Counted from the first letter of the stretch, positions 24,516 through 38,882 are shown. The stretch: 64,000 nt of DNA from Octopus vulgaris (GCA_951406725.2 OX597826.1:53630001-53694000); one strand, 5' to 3'. Notes: generated by a model from the sequence alone, not told the origin. Numbers and translations: made by a program.

Positions 24516-25653
24516 AAATCTTATAATGAAAAACCCACAAATCTTGTGAATACAGCTATCTAGGGTTTCTGGGTCAAAATAATAATTTATTCTACCATTT
24601 GTGGTTTTAATGCTATTCTACTTGCTGAAGCATTATCATGCACACACATACACACACACATATATAAATATATTGAATGGACTTCTTTGAGTTTTCATTT
24701 AGCAAATCCGTTCACAAGGCTATTGTTGATACAGAGTTTTAGTAGAAGATGCTTGCCCAAGGTGCCACACAATGAGATTGAACTCAAAATTATATGATTA
24801 TGAAGCGAACTTCTTAACCACTTAGCCATGCCTTCTGTCTAACACATCCCACTCATGAAATACTTGAACAACCTGAAGCAAGGATGGAGGACACTCACTC
24901 AAAGTATTGTATTATGAAATGTGAGTTCAAACTAAAAATCAAATGGTTGCAAAGCAAGTGTCTTAAACCACATAGCTACATCTGCAACCATTAACTAATT
25001 AATTCCGGTGATAATTTTGTTCATTTATTAAGTCCATGAACATTTATGCCTTTATTGATGTCAAGTCAAATTAACTAAAATAAAAAAAGAAAACAGCCCC
25101 AAAATAGGTTAATATACACATATGCTAATATGCTAGTGAATTTCCACTCCTGGATTCTAATTTCAATTGAAATGTAATGTAATTTAGAGTGAGAGAAATG
25201 TTATAAAATTAAAGACAGTGACTAATAAACTTCTTCAATAGCCATAATTACTTCATTAAAACTTTATAGAGGTTATAATCCCAATAATAGAACTTTACTT
25301 TTAGTAAAGTAAATAGACACATGATCACACACCACTCATACACACACATACAGACAGACAGACAGACACACACACGTCATCACTGTCATCATTTTAATAT
25401 TCACACATATATACATTCTGACTTTCTGTTTAAGTGAGGCTGTGCAGTTAAGGGGTTCTTTTCAGCAACTACATAACTTCGTGTTCAGTCCTACCATGTG
25501 TTGCCTAGGGTAAGAGCCAAAAAGCCTTGCAAACAGAATTTGGTGGATGGAAACTGTGGGGAATCCAGCCAGGTCTTGCTTTAATCCCACTAGTGTCATT
25601 CAGACACACACATATGTACATACACAATTGTCGTCGTCGTTGTCACCACCACC

Positions 25654-25684
<31 letters not shown>

Positions 25685-26365
25685 GTCATAGTCCACATTA
25701 CTCTGTAAGGAACATAGGTCCAGTTTCCTGCTTTCTCTGATGTATATATCTCTTCCTGGACACGATGCCAGTCTTTCACAGGATTACACCTTTTTATCAG
25801 CTGAGTGGACTGGAGCAACAGGAAATAAAGTGCTTTGCTCAAGACCCCAGTGCATCACCCAGTCCAGGAACTGAAACCACAAACTTATGATTCCAACACC
25901 CTACCCACTAAACCATGCACCTCCACTGATATATGCTGGTATACCACCCAGTCACACTGGTGCCTAAATTTCATTGTTAAATAAATTTCAACTACATTGT
26001 AACTCTACAAATTCTAATTCCATACACATTAACTCCAGAAAATTCATTTATTGTTTAGCAATTATATTTTAAACATAGATTGCTAAATTAGAATTTTAAC
26101 AAGCACCATGTGGTTTTTATTTATTTAAGAACTCTGATTAGAATAGACTCTAATGGTGTTTACTGTTGAAGTAACTAGACTTTAGACTTTATGGAAGACA
26201 GTTTGTATTTACAATGATATAGCTCAGTAGGAAGATGGGGTCCTCTTTGAATAGAGAAGAAATGAGGATAATGAATGAGATAAATGTAGTTTTATTTGGT
26301 GGTTAAAGAGTTGTAAATTTGCTATCTTTGGGATGAATAAATGCTTGTAATATTTAGGTAGGAAG

Positions 26366-26750
26366 AAGGTGGCAAGCTGGTAGAATCATTACTGTGGCAG
26401 GCAAAATGCTTAGTGGCATTTTGTCTGTCTTCATGTTCTGAGTTAAAAGTTCCGTTGAGGTTAACTTTGCCTTTCATCTTTTTGGGGTCAATAAAATAAG
26501 TACCAGTAGAGCACTGGTGTCGGTGTATTTGACATGACTCCTCCTTTGAAATTGCTGGCCTTGTGCCAAAATTTGAAACCGATATTTAGGTAAGAAGAAA
26601 GTGATGAACTAAAAGAATCGATACTGTACCATGCAAAATGTTTAGTGGCATTTTGTTTGTTTTTATATTCTGAGTTTAACTGCTGCCATGGACAACTTTG
26701 CCTTTCATCTTTTGGGAGTTGATAAAATAAGTACCAGTTAAGCACTGGTG
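26366..26750 (+). mobile_element. Two tandem SINE family B copies
   Basis: First copy is flanked by atatttaggta(g/a)gaagaa on both sides and directly followed by a second, older head. Confidence 0.75.
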
Positions 26751-28344
26751 GCAAGAGAAATAAGTACCAACCAGTTAAGCAGGCGGCAAGAGAATTGACA
26801 AGGGATGGTTGAAGAGACTTGGTGTCTCAGTTTGTGTAAGAGGTTTATTGCCTCATTTTTGCGTGTTCTTTTTATAGAAAGACAAAAGAAAATTTGTAAT
26901 AAACTAAAGTAAGAGGTTTAATACCTCATTTTGTTTTTTTTTTAAAAAAAAAGAATAATGTATTAGAGAAGCAAAAAATCAGCAGGTGTTTTTTGTCTTC
27001 TCCCATCATTATCATTTTTCTCATCATTCATCTCATTAATGTTTCTGTCCAGCCCGCAAGCTACTCTTTGTAATGCCATCATGGCAAATATTATGAAATA
27101 AAGTACCAGTTAAGCACTGGGGGCAGTGTAAATGACTTACTCCTTACCCCAAAATTGCCGGCCTTGTGCCAAAATTTTAAACCAATATTATAAGGTGATG
27201 AGCAGGCAGAACCATTAACACACCATGTAAAATGCTTAAATGCTTAGTAACATTTCACCAAAACTGGAAACCAGAATTTAAGTGGAAAGAAGAGGAAAAA
27301 TGTACCAACAAAAGCAGTAAAATATATGATTTCAGATTTAGTACCACAACACATCTTGGGCAATTGTCTTTTTATTATACCCCAGGGCTGACCAATACTT
27401 TGAGTGTGAATTTATTTATATTTATAAACATATATCATCATTATCAGTAGCAGCATTTAATGTCCATCTTCCATGCAAGCAAGGGTAAGACAGTTGACAG
27501 GAGCTGGCCAGGTAGAAAAACTACCCTAAGCTACTGTATCAGTTTTGGCAGAGATTTTACTGCTGGATGCCCTTCCTAACATCAACCACTCTGCAAAGTG
27601 GACTCAGTGCTTTTTATGTGGCACTAGCACAGGTGAGGTTAGTTTTGGAATGATTTTTACAGCTGGATGCCCTTCCAGACACCAACCATGTTACAGTGTG
27701 GACTGGATGGTTTTAACATGGCACCAACACTGGCAAGGTAATCAAGTAACTCGCAAGACAAGGAATTATGAGAGGGGCCGGGGTATTTGAGGAGGGTAAC
27801 TTGTGTCAGAGAATGAAAGGTTAGAATGTGACAAAGAGACAGAAACAGGTATCTTGCCGCAACAGAGGGGGCATTAAAGGAGGTGACCCAGTATCGGATG
27901 ATGAAAGGTTAGAGTGTAACAGAGAAGTAGTGAAACAGAAATAGGTGTCTTGCTATAGATGAGGTACAACATGGTTATCCACAGAGAGAGAGAGAGTGCA
28001 TGTGTGTGTATGTGTGCCCATATGTGCGTGTGTGTTTGTCTCCTCACCATTTCACAACTAGTGTTAGCTCATTTATGTCCCCACAACTCGGCAAAAGGGC
28101 CGACAGAATAAGTACCAGACTTAAAAAAACTGAATGTTCTGAGGTGGATTTGTTCAAGTAAACCCTTTAAGTTGGTGCTCCAGCATGGCTGAAGTCTTAT
28201 GATCGAAAGAAGTAAAAGGTAAAGGCATTGTGTCTTGACCAGTGCTAAAATATTCAGATGCAGAATAAATAAGATGAAGCAATTTTAATTGTGGGTGGGT
28301 TGTGTATAAAATTCTTGGTCAAGGATTTTAAGTGATGAAAATGA

Positions 28345-28400
28345 TGAAGAAGAAGAAGAAGAAGAAGAAGAAGAAGAAGAAGAAGAAGAAGAAGAAGAAG

Positions 28401-28438
<38 letters not shown>

Positions 28439-28790
28439 GGAAGAAGGAGAAGAAGAAGAGAAGAGAAGAAAGAAGAAGAGAAGAAGAAAGAAGGGGAAAA
28501 AGAAGAAAGAAGAAGAAGAGGCGGAGAAGAAAGAAGATGAAGAAAAAAGAAGAGAAGAGAAAAAAGAGGAAGAGGAAAAGAAGTAGAAGAGAAGAAAGAA
28601 GAGGAAGGAGAAAGAAAAGGAAGAAGAGGAAGAAGCAGTAGAAAGAAGAGGAGGGAGCAGAAAAAGAAAGAAGAAAGATGAGAAGGAAGAAGAGGAAGAA
28701 AAAGAAGAGGGGGGGAGGAGGAGGAAGAAGAAAGAAGACAGAGAAAGAAAAGGAAGAGTAGGTAGAAGAAGAACAACAACAGAGAACAAG
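28345..28790. repeat. (GAA)n microsatellite followed by a ~360-bp almost pure purine tract
   Basis: Direct inspection; similar purine tracts at about 50480-51000 and 53580-53960. Confidence 0.9.
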
Positions 28791-29388
28791 AAGTTTTAGT
28801 GTTGGTAAATGTAGTGGTGGTAGTAATAATATGTGTGTGTGTGTGTATGTGTGTGTGAATTCATGTATTGTTAGTGATAAACTATAGTATAGCTTGTTTA
28901 AGGGCACTTATGGTAACAGAGGGAACATTATTTTTCTCCTTGAATGTTACAACAAAACTTCTTCATAAGCCTAACTTGTTTCATAAACACACACACACAC
29001 ACACATTTTCGCATATCAAAGAGCTTGTGAAGATTTATTTCAATTGGCCAATTTATTTACTTCTTTGGTTTAGATTTTTTTTTTGTTTTTTTTCACTCGG
29101 ATCTGATAACATATATGTTTGTTGACAACTTGATGGAATCTCTCTGTGTAGGTGTCAATATAAATAGGAATTATCTTTTGATGTTTGGTTTTATAGCTGA
29201 GAGGTATAATGCACAGGCTTTGGAAACAATGATAGTCAAGAAGTTTTAACATTATGTTAAGGAAACATATAATCTAGCATTAGATCTCAAATAATTTTGG
29301 GAGATAAATGGATAGATGTTAACTATTGCTGAAAGGTTGGCAGTAACAATGGAAGGGGTGCATTCATACGACACAAAACTCACAAGCA

Positions 29389-29429
<41 letters not shown>

Positions 29430-29781
29430 AGGTGCATTTTAATTTGAGCAGTTAAATCTGTTAAGTTAGACAATCACATACATTTCAAAAGGTGTATATA
29501 TATTTCCAGGTGTATATATATATATATATATATATATTTCCCATTCACATCTTTACTACTGAACGCAGGTATAAAATATATTTAAAAAAAAAAAAAGAAC
29601 AAAACAAAAATATAACAAAAAAAGAAGACAAAACAAAAGAGATCAGGTTTGTGAGGCAATTAGAGTTAATGAAAATATTTAATGAGAAATTAGAATAAAC
29701 TTGTAATGTGACACAAACATATGGCTTATAATAATCTACCACACTAACCTACTATGCTCCAAACTCACTCATGTGTGTGTC

Positions 29782-29822
<41 letters not shown>

Positions 29823-29824
29823 AT

Positions 29825-29877
<53 letters not shown>

Positions 29878-30553
29878 ATCAATAATATGTATAAAGAAAA
29901 TCATATCTTTATTTTAGATTACTGTGAGATCCTCAGTGGTTGTTGAATACAACAATTCTTCAGTTATTACAAAATAAGGTTAATTCCAATAGAAGGTTTA
30001 TTAAATTAAATAAAAAAATAAATAAATACGTAATTAATTATTGTGATGTAAAGTATAAAAGTTTCAATTGAGCATTACGTAGAATTATTTTCTGTAGTTT
30101 TTATTCTTTAGTTATCTATTAAGCATAACGTAGAATTCTTGGCTGCAGTTTTTGTTCTTTAGAAATCCAATGACGTTATCAGTTTTAGTAGATAAATATA
30201 CTTTTCTATGTTAGGTTGTTTGTTTTAATGTAGATTTCAAATTGTCAAAAAATATGGTATCAGCATGGTATTTTTTTATATTTTAATTTTATAAACTAAA
30301 TTAGTTATTCAATGACGTCATGCTTGGTTGAGTGAATGAATGTCTAAAGTTAAATTTGGTTTGGCGTTGCTTTTTCTTAGCATTTTCAACCGCAAAAATT
30401 CTTTTCAGATGTTCAGTTAGAATTTCACTAATTTGCATTACCTTGACAATGCTGTGTTGACATAAATTTTCATACGTACTATTATAAATTTTAATATCAT
30501 GTATATATTTATATATACATTTATATATTTTTATATACACATTTATATATTTA

Positions 30554-30698
30554 TAGGTGCAAGAGTGGCTGTCTGGTAAGTAGCTTGCTTACCAACCACA
30601 TGGTTCCAGGTTCAGTCCCACTGAGTGGCGCCTTGGGCAAGTGTCTCTTACTATAGTCTTGTGAGTGGATTTGGTAGATGGAAACTGAAAGCCAGTCG

Positions 30699-30743
<45 letters not shown>

Positions 30744-30940
30744 ATGTATATGTTTGTCCCCCCACCATCACTTGACAAACGATGTTGGTGTGTTTATGTG
30801 CCCGTAACTTAGCGGTTCAGCAAAAGACTGACAGAATAAGTACTAGGCTTACAAAGAATAAGTCTAGGGGGTCGATTTGTTCGACTAAAAGCGGTGCTCC
30901 AGCATGGCCACAGTCAAGATGACTGAAACAAATAAAAGAA
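30554..30940 (+). mobile_element. SINE family A, full length
   Basis: Colinear with the family, small internal deletion. Confidence 0.85.
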
Positions 30941-31257
30941 TATAGCTATATGTGTATATATGAATATATGTATGTATATGTTAATGCAAATAAAACAATT
31001 GTTGGATTTTTAAGGTTTGATCTGAAATAATGATATGATTTTCTTTGTACATATTACTGATTGTTGTTAATCAGAATTTCTCAAGATTCTACATAAGGAT
31101 TATTAGATTTACCTGTCATACATGAGGATTTACCTGCAATTTGTATTCTACATACATTTACTGGTATCTACCTGTTGGACACTTAACTTTATTTCTTTAT
31201 ACTGAGTGCTAACAGGATACCTGCCAGGATTTTTTAAGCCCATCTTTCACATACACC

Positions 31258-31296
<39 letters not shown>

Positions 31297-31389
31297 ACGT
31301 ATATGCATGTGTGTGTATACATATACATATATATATATTTAAACACACACATATACACATACATATTTACATAAACATATGCCTGTACA

Positions 31390-31445
<56 letters not shown>

Positions 31446-31739
31446 TATTTACATATATACATACACACACATCACATATACATAAAATTACATATTCATA
31501 AATTTATATGTCCACATTTCTCTTTATGTATATAATATAAACATTATCATCCTCATTCATGAAATCTGTTATTCCATTATGGCATAGGATTGATAAAACT
31601 TAACGAGACAGATTTTCAATGGCTCAATGCTCTTCCTATCACTAACTCCCACTTGTTATATAGTTATTTATCATTCCACTGGTTGTCACAAGTATGCTGA
31701 ATTGCGAGACTTTCCCTGACTGCAGAATGCAAACAATAT

Positions 31740-32124
31740 TCTTTTATTTGTTTCAGTCATTTGACTGCAGCCATGCTGGAGCACCGCCTTTAATCGAACA
31801 AATCGACCCCAGTACTTATTCTTTGGAAACCTGGTATTTATCCCAACAGTTCTTTTGCCGAACTGCTAAGTTATGGGGATGTGGACACACCAACATCAGT
31901 TGTCAAGCGATGGTGGGGGACAAACACAGACACACGAACACACACACAGACACACATATACAACGGGCTTCTTTCAGTTTCCATCTACCAAATCCATTCA
32001 CAAGGCTTTGGTTGGCCCAAGGCTATAGCTGAAAACTCTTGCCCAAGGTGCCACGCAGTGGGATTGAACCCAGAACCATGTGGTTGGTAAGTAAGCTACT
32101 TACCATACAACCACTCCTGTGCCT
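31740..32124 (-). mobile_element. SINE family A, full length
   Basis: Reverse complement of the family. Confidence 0.85.
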
Positions 32125-32585
32125 ATAAAAATTTAGCTGAAGGTTGCCTGTAAGATTTGAACTGACACCTCCTTGTAAACATGAAAGGTGTTCTAACATT
32201 GGACCACGGAAATCATTATATATATATATATATATTATAAAAGAGTAAATTACTCCCTTCGGTCTTGAATGACTATGGGATTGCACCTAGAAAGTTCCCC
32301 CCTGAGGCACAGGTCCGAGCAAGGTTGTGTATGGAAGACTAGCAGTCGTCCATACATACCAGACTTCTCACATCATGCCACCGATGTTATCCAAGGGAAA
32401 GGCAAAGGCTGATACAGTTTGGCACCAGTGATGTTGCAACTCATTTCTACAGCTGAGTGAACTGGAGAAGTGTGAAATTAGTGTCTTGCTTAAGAAAATA
32501 GCACATAGCCCGGTCTGGGAATCGAACTCATTACTTCATGATTGTGAGCCTGACGCTCTAACTCTATGTGTGCATGTACATATAC

Positions 32586-32981
32586 TTTTTTACTTGTTTA
32601 AGTCATTTGACTATGACCATGCTGGAGCACTGCCTTTAGTCGAGCAAATTGATCCCAGGACTTATTCTTTGTAAGCCTAGTACTTATTCTATTGGTCCCT
32701 TTTGTCAAACCACTGAGTTACGGGGACGTAAACACACCAGCATTGGTTGTCAAGCGATGTTGGGGCGACAAACACAGACACACAAACATACACACATATA
32801 TATATACATATATATACGATGGGCTTCTTTCAGTTTCCGTCTACCAAATCCACTCACAAGGCTTTGGTTGGCCCGAGGCTATAGTAGAAGACACTTGCCC
32901 AAGATACCATGCAGTGGGACTGAACCCGGAACCATGTGGTTGATAAGCAAGCTATTTACCACACAGCCACTCCTACGCCTA
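32586..32981 (-). mobile_element. SINE family A, full length
   Basis: Reverse complement of the family. Confidence 0.85.
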
Positions 32982-35900
32982 TAATATATGTATGTTCGTA
33001 CATCCATATAAAATTTTGATCATGCAACACTAGAAATATAAATCTACAAAGAAATTTCTTTATGAATTTAACTTGTTTATTGTCATCACCATCATCATTG
33101 TCATCATCCTCATTTTTATTTTTATTTCACCAATTTTTCTCACATTGCAGATAGAGAGTAAACAAATCCCTGACAGATTAGTTAAAATTCGTTCCATGTT
33201 TAAGCGTTAATCAAAACTGCTGGTCTTGAGAGAGTTAAAGTAGATGAGATAATTGAAGACTCATTCATTCCAGTTGAATACCTTCTTCATCACATATTCA
33301 GCTACTGATGCTCCATTTCCCAGCAGCCTTCAATTCTACTTCCCCAACAGATTACCAAAGTTGATTCTATTCTGGTGTAAGCAAGCAATGAACTTTGCTA
33401 CTTAGCCATTAGACATCTATTTTGTTAATATGCATCTAAAGAGAACAACCATTTACTATTTTTCACATATGCACGGCTTATCAAGCAGAATATTTCTGTA
33501 GCAATTCACGGCTTGCAATAGATCAGAATAAATTATGGGGGGAATAAAAAATAAAAATAAAAACAAAAAAAAAAAATTGAAGATGAAACTTAATGGAATA
33601 ATTTATAGTGTGGTAAGAGATACATTCATATCTGAAAATACATTCAATTACTTCGATAATGGTAGAGCAAAGACAGAAAGAGGCCTTCATTGTAGAGAAG
33701 GAAAATATTTACTGAATAAATTGATATTTTTCACTTGAGTCTAGCAATCCATTAACACAATCAATAAAAGTACTGGAGTTAGGAGAAACAAGTTGAATAT
33801 TGGACAAAAGCTAAATATGTAATCTGGCATGACCTATCGCAGAGAATGGTAAGCTAAATTTATCTCAGAATGTTCAATTAGTTAATTAATGTTGTAAAAT
33901 GTGATAAAATCTGCTAATATTTTAAGAACTTTTGTCACATTTTCGAGAATTTGGTTCCACTTATTATTGAACTAGTGAAGGCACATGATTTAGTAGTTAG
34001 GGTAATTGGCTCACAATCGCAAGGTTGTGAGTTTGATTCCTGGCTGCGCCATTATGTTCTTGAGCAAGACACTTTATTTCATGTTTCTCCAATCCACTCA
34101 GTTGGCAAAATTGATTTGTACCTGCAATTCGAAGGGCTATCCCTGTCACATTCTATGTCATGTTGAATTTCCCTGAGAACTACTACTTTAAGGGTACACG
34201 TGCCTGTGGAATACTCAGCCACTTGCACATTAATATCATGAGCAGGCTGTTCCATTGATCAGATCAACTGGAACCATCATCGATGCAACTGACAGAGTGC
34301 CAGGTATTATTAAACTCAGGTTGCGAAAGACTAGAGCAATAATTTCTAAGTTATAATATGCTATGGTTTATTGCTCTCCCCCATGAGGAATGTTTGCCTC
34401 ATTTACTGTCGATTGTTTCTTTGTAAGTTTGGGAGAAGACATTTCCTTTGAAATAAACAAAGAAGAAAGAAAAAAGAAAAAAGAATAAGTAAAAAGAAGT
34501 TGTGATCTTTATAATTTGAAGAAAGAAAATGTTTGTTATAGAAAGACATCGATATCGTAAAATACTAAACTAGTATTTTCGCACAAGCAGGAAAACTAAT
34601 TGGAAAGAAAATGTTACCATCACCATCATCATCATTATTATTATCCATGTCAACAGTTTAATGCTGACTTTGGAGCAAAGAAAAAATATATAAAAGAGCA
34701 AACAAAACCAAATGTGTTATATAGCAAGACTGTGTTCATACCACATTAAACATGATTAAAGAAGCATTGTGAAAGCTTTCTTAAACCTGTCATCTGTTTT
34801 ATTACAATGTTTCACACCAGTTGAAATAATGACTACAATAACAACAACAATAATAAAGATATTCTGAACCGTCCAATCATCTTCAACTACTGATACTAAA
34901 ACATTGATTTAATACAATCAAAGTAAAGAATTTCATTTGTAATATTCCTGTGGGGGGAAAATGATGTGAGACGCAATGGAAACATACTCCAAGGCAGCGT
35001 ATTTCAGTTGAGAATTCTTTTATGTCATTCAGTTTGTCTTAATTTTATACAATTGTCAACTTCAGCCATTAGATCTTTCAGGTGGAACATTTGTGTCTAA
35101 CTTTTTTTTTCTTTAAGTGAATCAAGAATATACACAGATATTTCAGACCATACATCTATAAATGACTATGTGTATATGGTTTGTCTATGTGAGAATGTTT
35201 ACATTGCACAACAGAGGTTTACAAATTTAAATGTTAGAATGGCTTGTTGAAAAGAGACACATTGTAGGTTCCAGTAGGTACAGGAAAGTTAAAAGAGAAG
35301 AAATGAGAACTGAAGAAACTGGGAAGATTAGTGGAGTTAATTACCTGTTTAGAAATTAATTATTGAATAGTCAGGTAACTCAATGTCATATTTGATTCAA
35401 ATTTTGGCACGGGGCCAGCAAGGTTTTGGGGAGAGGGTAAGTCAATTAAATCAACCCCAGTGTTCAATTGGTACTTATATTTATTGATCCTGAATGGTGA
35501 AAGGCAAAGTCGATGCTGGTTCTATCTCATATTGGTTATTCTGTATCACACTTCTGGGCATCCTATCCCAGATTATTAGTTATCTACTTCACTTCATTGG
35601 CTACCCTTATATCATACTACTGGTTACTTACTCTATCACTTTAAGAGAAGGCACATGGTTCAGTGGTTAGAACATCAGGCTTACAATCGTGTAGCTGTGA
35701 GTTCATTTCCCAGACCAGGCTGTGTGCTCTGTTCTTGAGCAAGACACTTTATTTCATGTTGCTTCAGTTCACTCAGCTGTAGAAATGATTTGCGACATCA
35801 CTGGTGTCAAGCTGTAATTGGCCTTTGCCTTTCCTTTGCACAAGAACGTAATGAACTGCTTGGTCCAGGAATTGAAATCACAATCTTGCGATTGTGAATG

Positions 35901-36992
35901 AAACATCTTAAACACCAGGCCACATACCTCCATCAAGTGTTGACATGCAACAGCTTATGTGAAACATTATTGGCATCAATCTCACTGGTCTTGAAAAGCC
36001 TGCAAAGACCATTAGCACCGCCCCTTCATCTGGATCCAGATTCAGTAATTAAAAGTGTAAAGAATAGAGAATAAAATCTGAAATCTTCAGTCTATATTTA
36101 AAGTAGCTTAGTTTCTTTATTGACATTTTTATTATTTATTAATTGCCGGTAGGGACATCGTATTTTGTTTTGTAACCATAAAATACTACCAAGTATATTA
36201 AAGGTATATTAGTCAGGTGTGCTACTGCAAACAGGTAGCACACCTGTGTCTGTCTTCATTCCTGATCTCTCCAGCCAGGTAATCTTGTACTTCCTCTACA
36301 GCAAGACACCTGTATCTGTTTCACTATAATCTTTCATCATCCGACATAAGATCACCTCCTCCAATGCCTCCTCCCCTCTTGAATGGTTTTTTTCCTTTTG
36401 TCTTGCATGTACTTGGTGACCCTGTCAGTGCAAGTGTTACTCAAAAGCACCCAGTCCACACTGTAAAGTGGTTGGTGTTCGGAAGGTCATTCGGATATAA
36501 AAACCTTGCCAAAACTGACCTTGCCTGTGCTTGTGCCATGTAAAAAGCACTACTGACTTCACCTGTGCTTGTGCTACGTAAAAAGCTCTAAGTCAACTCT
36601 GCTGAGTGGTTGGTGTTAGGAAGAGCATCCAGCTGTACAAATCCTGCCAAAACAGTCACAGAAATCTGGTGCAGGTTTCTACTTGGCGGCTTTTGTGAAA
36701 CTGTCCCACCCATGCTAGCATGGAAGACAGATGTTAAACAATAATGATGATAATGAAGTCAATACTGTATTACACCACTAAACTTAGTGGCTATTTAAGC
36801 AATGCATTCATGGATAGTTAATGGCTTGGCTGTGGTTCTGATGAAGAAGCAATAACTCCTGGAATATGCATATACACTGGTTACCTACTTTTCTATCTTT
36901 GACTGCAATGTTTACATAAATGTATTCATATATGTTTCATTTTTGGAGGATTTGGTTTGCAAGATTCTTTATATGAGTTCGTGTGCTGAAGC

Positions 36993-37186
36993 ATATTCTG
37001 TTGTGTCTGGGGTGAGTAATTTTTTTTTATGCCTTATAATTTAACACAAGACTATTGAAAAGGTTGCAAGACGCAACAAAAATTTTAGGAAAATAAAAAT
37101 AAGAAATAAGTGGAAATTTTCCCGGTGAGTGTGTTACATTATAAAGCACAAAAAGAAAATCACTTTCCCCAGACACAACAGAATAT
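36993..37186. repeat. ~56-bp inverted repeat (36993-37048 / 37130-37186) inside an AT-rich interspersed repeat, possibly Penelope-like
   Basis: atattctgttgtgtctgggg...ttataatttaacaca versus tgtgttacattataa...ccccagacacaacagaatat. Confidence 0.7.
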
Positions 37187-37305
37187 TCGTATATGAAACA
37201 ACATAATAAATCAGCACTGGCTTTAAATACTATAGAAAATCTGTAGAGATACATTTAAAAAATTATTATTTACTGTCAGTGTTTCGCTCAAATGAGGTGT
37301 AATTA

Positions 37306-37609
37306 TCTTCTTCATGGCAGTCTTTTGAGTATGAGAAACACGATTCTACAGTTTTTTGTTGAATAATCTTCACAGATGAGTTGTATATACAGTGATCAAA
37401 TGTTTTGGTGTTGTACACGAGCTCCCCCCACCTCCATCAAATTGACATTCGTCTGTACAGATGCACAGTGTGCCACATGTCACATGTTGAAGTTGGCAAA
37501 GAACGATGTGAGATGAAGTGTTTTGCTCAAGGACAATGTCCAATGCCCAGTCTGGGAATTGAAACCATGATCTCGCCATTGTGAGTGCGACACGTTAACT
37601 GCTAGGCCA
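37306..37609 (-). mobile_element. tRNA-derived SINE family C variant
   Basis: TSD aggtgtaatta at 37295-37305 and 37610-37620; family C head on the minus strand. Confidence 0.7.
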
Positions 37610-38296
37610 AGGTGTAATTAACAGAAATAATTTAAACATATTTCAGAACAGATGATAAGGTGAAAACTTATTTATCATCACATCACATCCATGATATTTT
37701 CCCTTCTCCTTTCCTTAAATAAAATTACTTGGAATACATTTTTCTGCAGGATGTTATGAGCTACAGATAATACATACATATATATACATAGAGATATATC
37801 TATATATATATATCTATGTCTGTCTGTCTATAAGTATGCTTGTATTAACCCTTTCAGCAATGTATTGTCCACATCCTATCATCCTATGCTGATGCAGAGT
37901 TGACGGAACAGTGAGGTGACTAAAAATAACAACCATTGGCAGCTCCTGGCCATTTGCTAAACATAAAATGATGTGGATATTTTTATTCCACTATAACAGA
38001 ACATGAAAGACTGCTAGTAATTTGCACTAAAACCATACATAGCAACAAATGGATTAAGTGGGACAAAATGGGACACTGTATTCATTGGTCAGAGTAAAAT
38101 TTCAGTCTACTTTTCTTACCATTGTTTTTTTGCTCACATGGCTGTGTGGTTGAGAAGCTCACATTGGAACCAAACGGTTTTGAGTTCAGTCTCACTGAGT
38201 AGCACTTTGGGCAGGTGTCTTTTACTACAGTTCCAGGTTGACTGATGCCTTGTGAGTGAATTTGGCAGACGGTAACTGTGTGAAAGCCTATTGTAT

Positions 38297-38530
38297 ATCA
38301 TCATCATCATCATTATCGTTTAACGTCCGCTTTCCATGCTAGCATGAGTTGGACGGTTCAACTGGGGTCTGGGAAGCCAGAAGGCTGCGCCAAGCCCAGT
38401 CTGATCTGGCAGTGTTTCTACAGCTGGATGCCCTTCCTAACGCCAACCACTCCGTGAGTGTAGTGGATGCTTTTTACGTGCCACCAGCACAGGTGCCAGA
38501 CGAGGCTGGCAAACGGCCATGATAGGATTC
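38297..38530 (-). mobile_element. LINE 3' UTR copy, (GAT)n-tailed family, little diverged
   Basis: (atc)n-gtttaacgtccgctttccatgctagcatg...ggatgcccttcctaacgccaaccactcc; retains CpGs. Confidence 0.7.
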
Positions 38531-38574
38531 ATATATATATATACATATATGTAGATGTATATATATATATATAT

Positions 38575-38812
38575 ACTCATATTATAAACCGATTTCATTT
38601 GGGTCTACTCAGGCCACGTTTTAAAGATGAGTAATTTTGCTCTAGAGGCCACGCCTTTCAATTGCGCAAACTCAACGTTGCCATGCAAACTCCCTAGCAC
38701 TTTTAACATAGGTGTGCAAATTTTCAGGTCAATCCGACCACATTTACTAACACTTTTGCCTGCACAACTGCTTGTGAGACAACGTCCACCCTTTTCACAA
38801 ATATATAGTAGA
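38575..38812 (-). mobile_element. Helitron-like 5' fragment between (TA)n tracts
   Basis: Minus strand A|TCTACTATATA start and a tcggattgacctgaaaatttgcaca motif similar to the element at 3278-3824. Confidence 0.4.
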
Positions 38813-38822
38813 TATACATACA

Positions 38823-38882
<60 letters not shown>

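Noticed and set aside
28254-28907. Longest ORF (217 aa) and the many YIYI/CVCV/HTHT/poly-S, -M, -D ORFs
   Set aside because: These are translations of microsatellites and purine tracts that lack stops; no splice or domain evidence.
35338-35375. Minus-strand cag|gtaatt recursive-splice-like site with upstream ctgac
   Set aside because: Weak polypyrimidine tract and weak regenerated donor; expected by chance in 64 kb.
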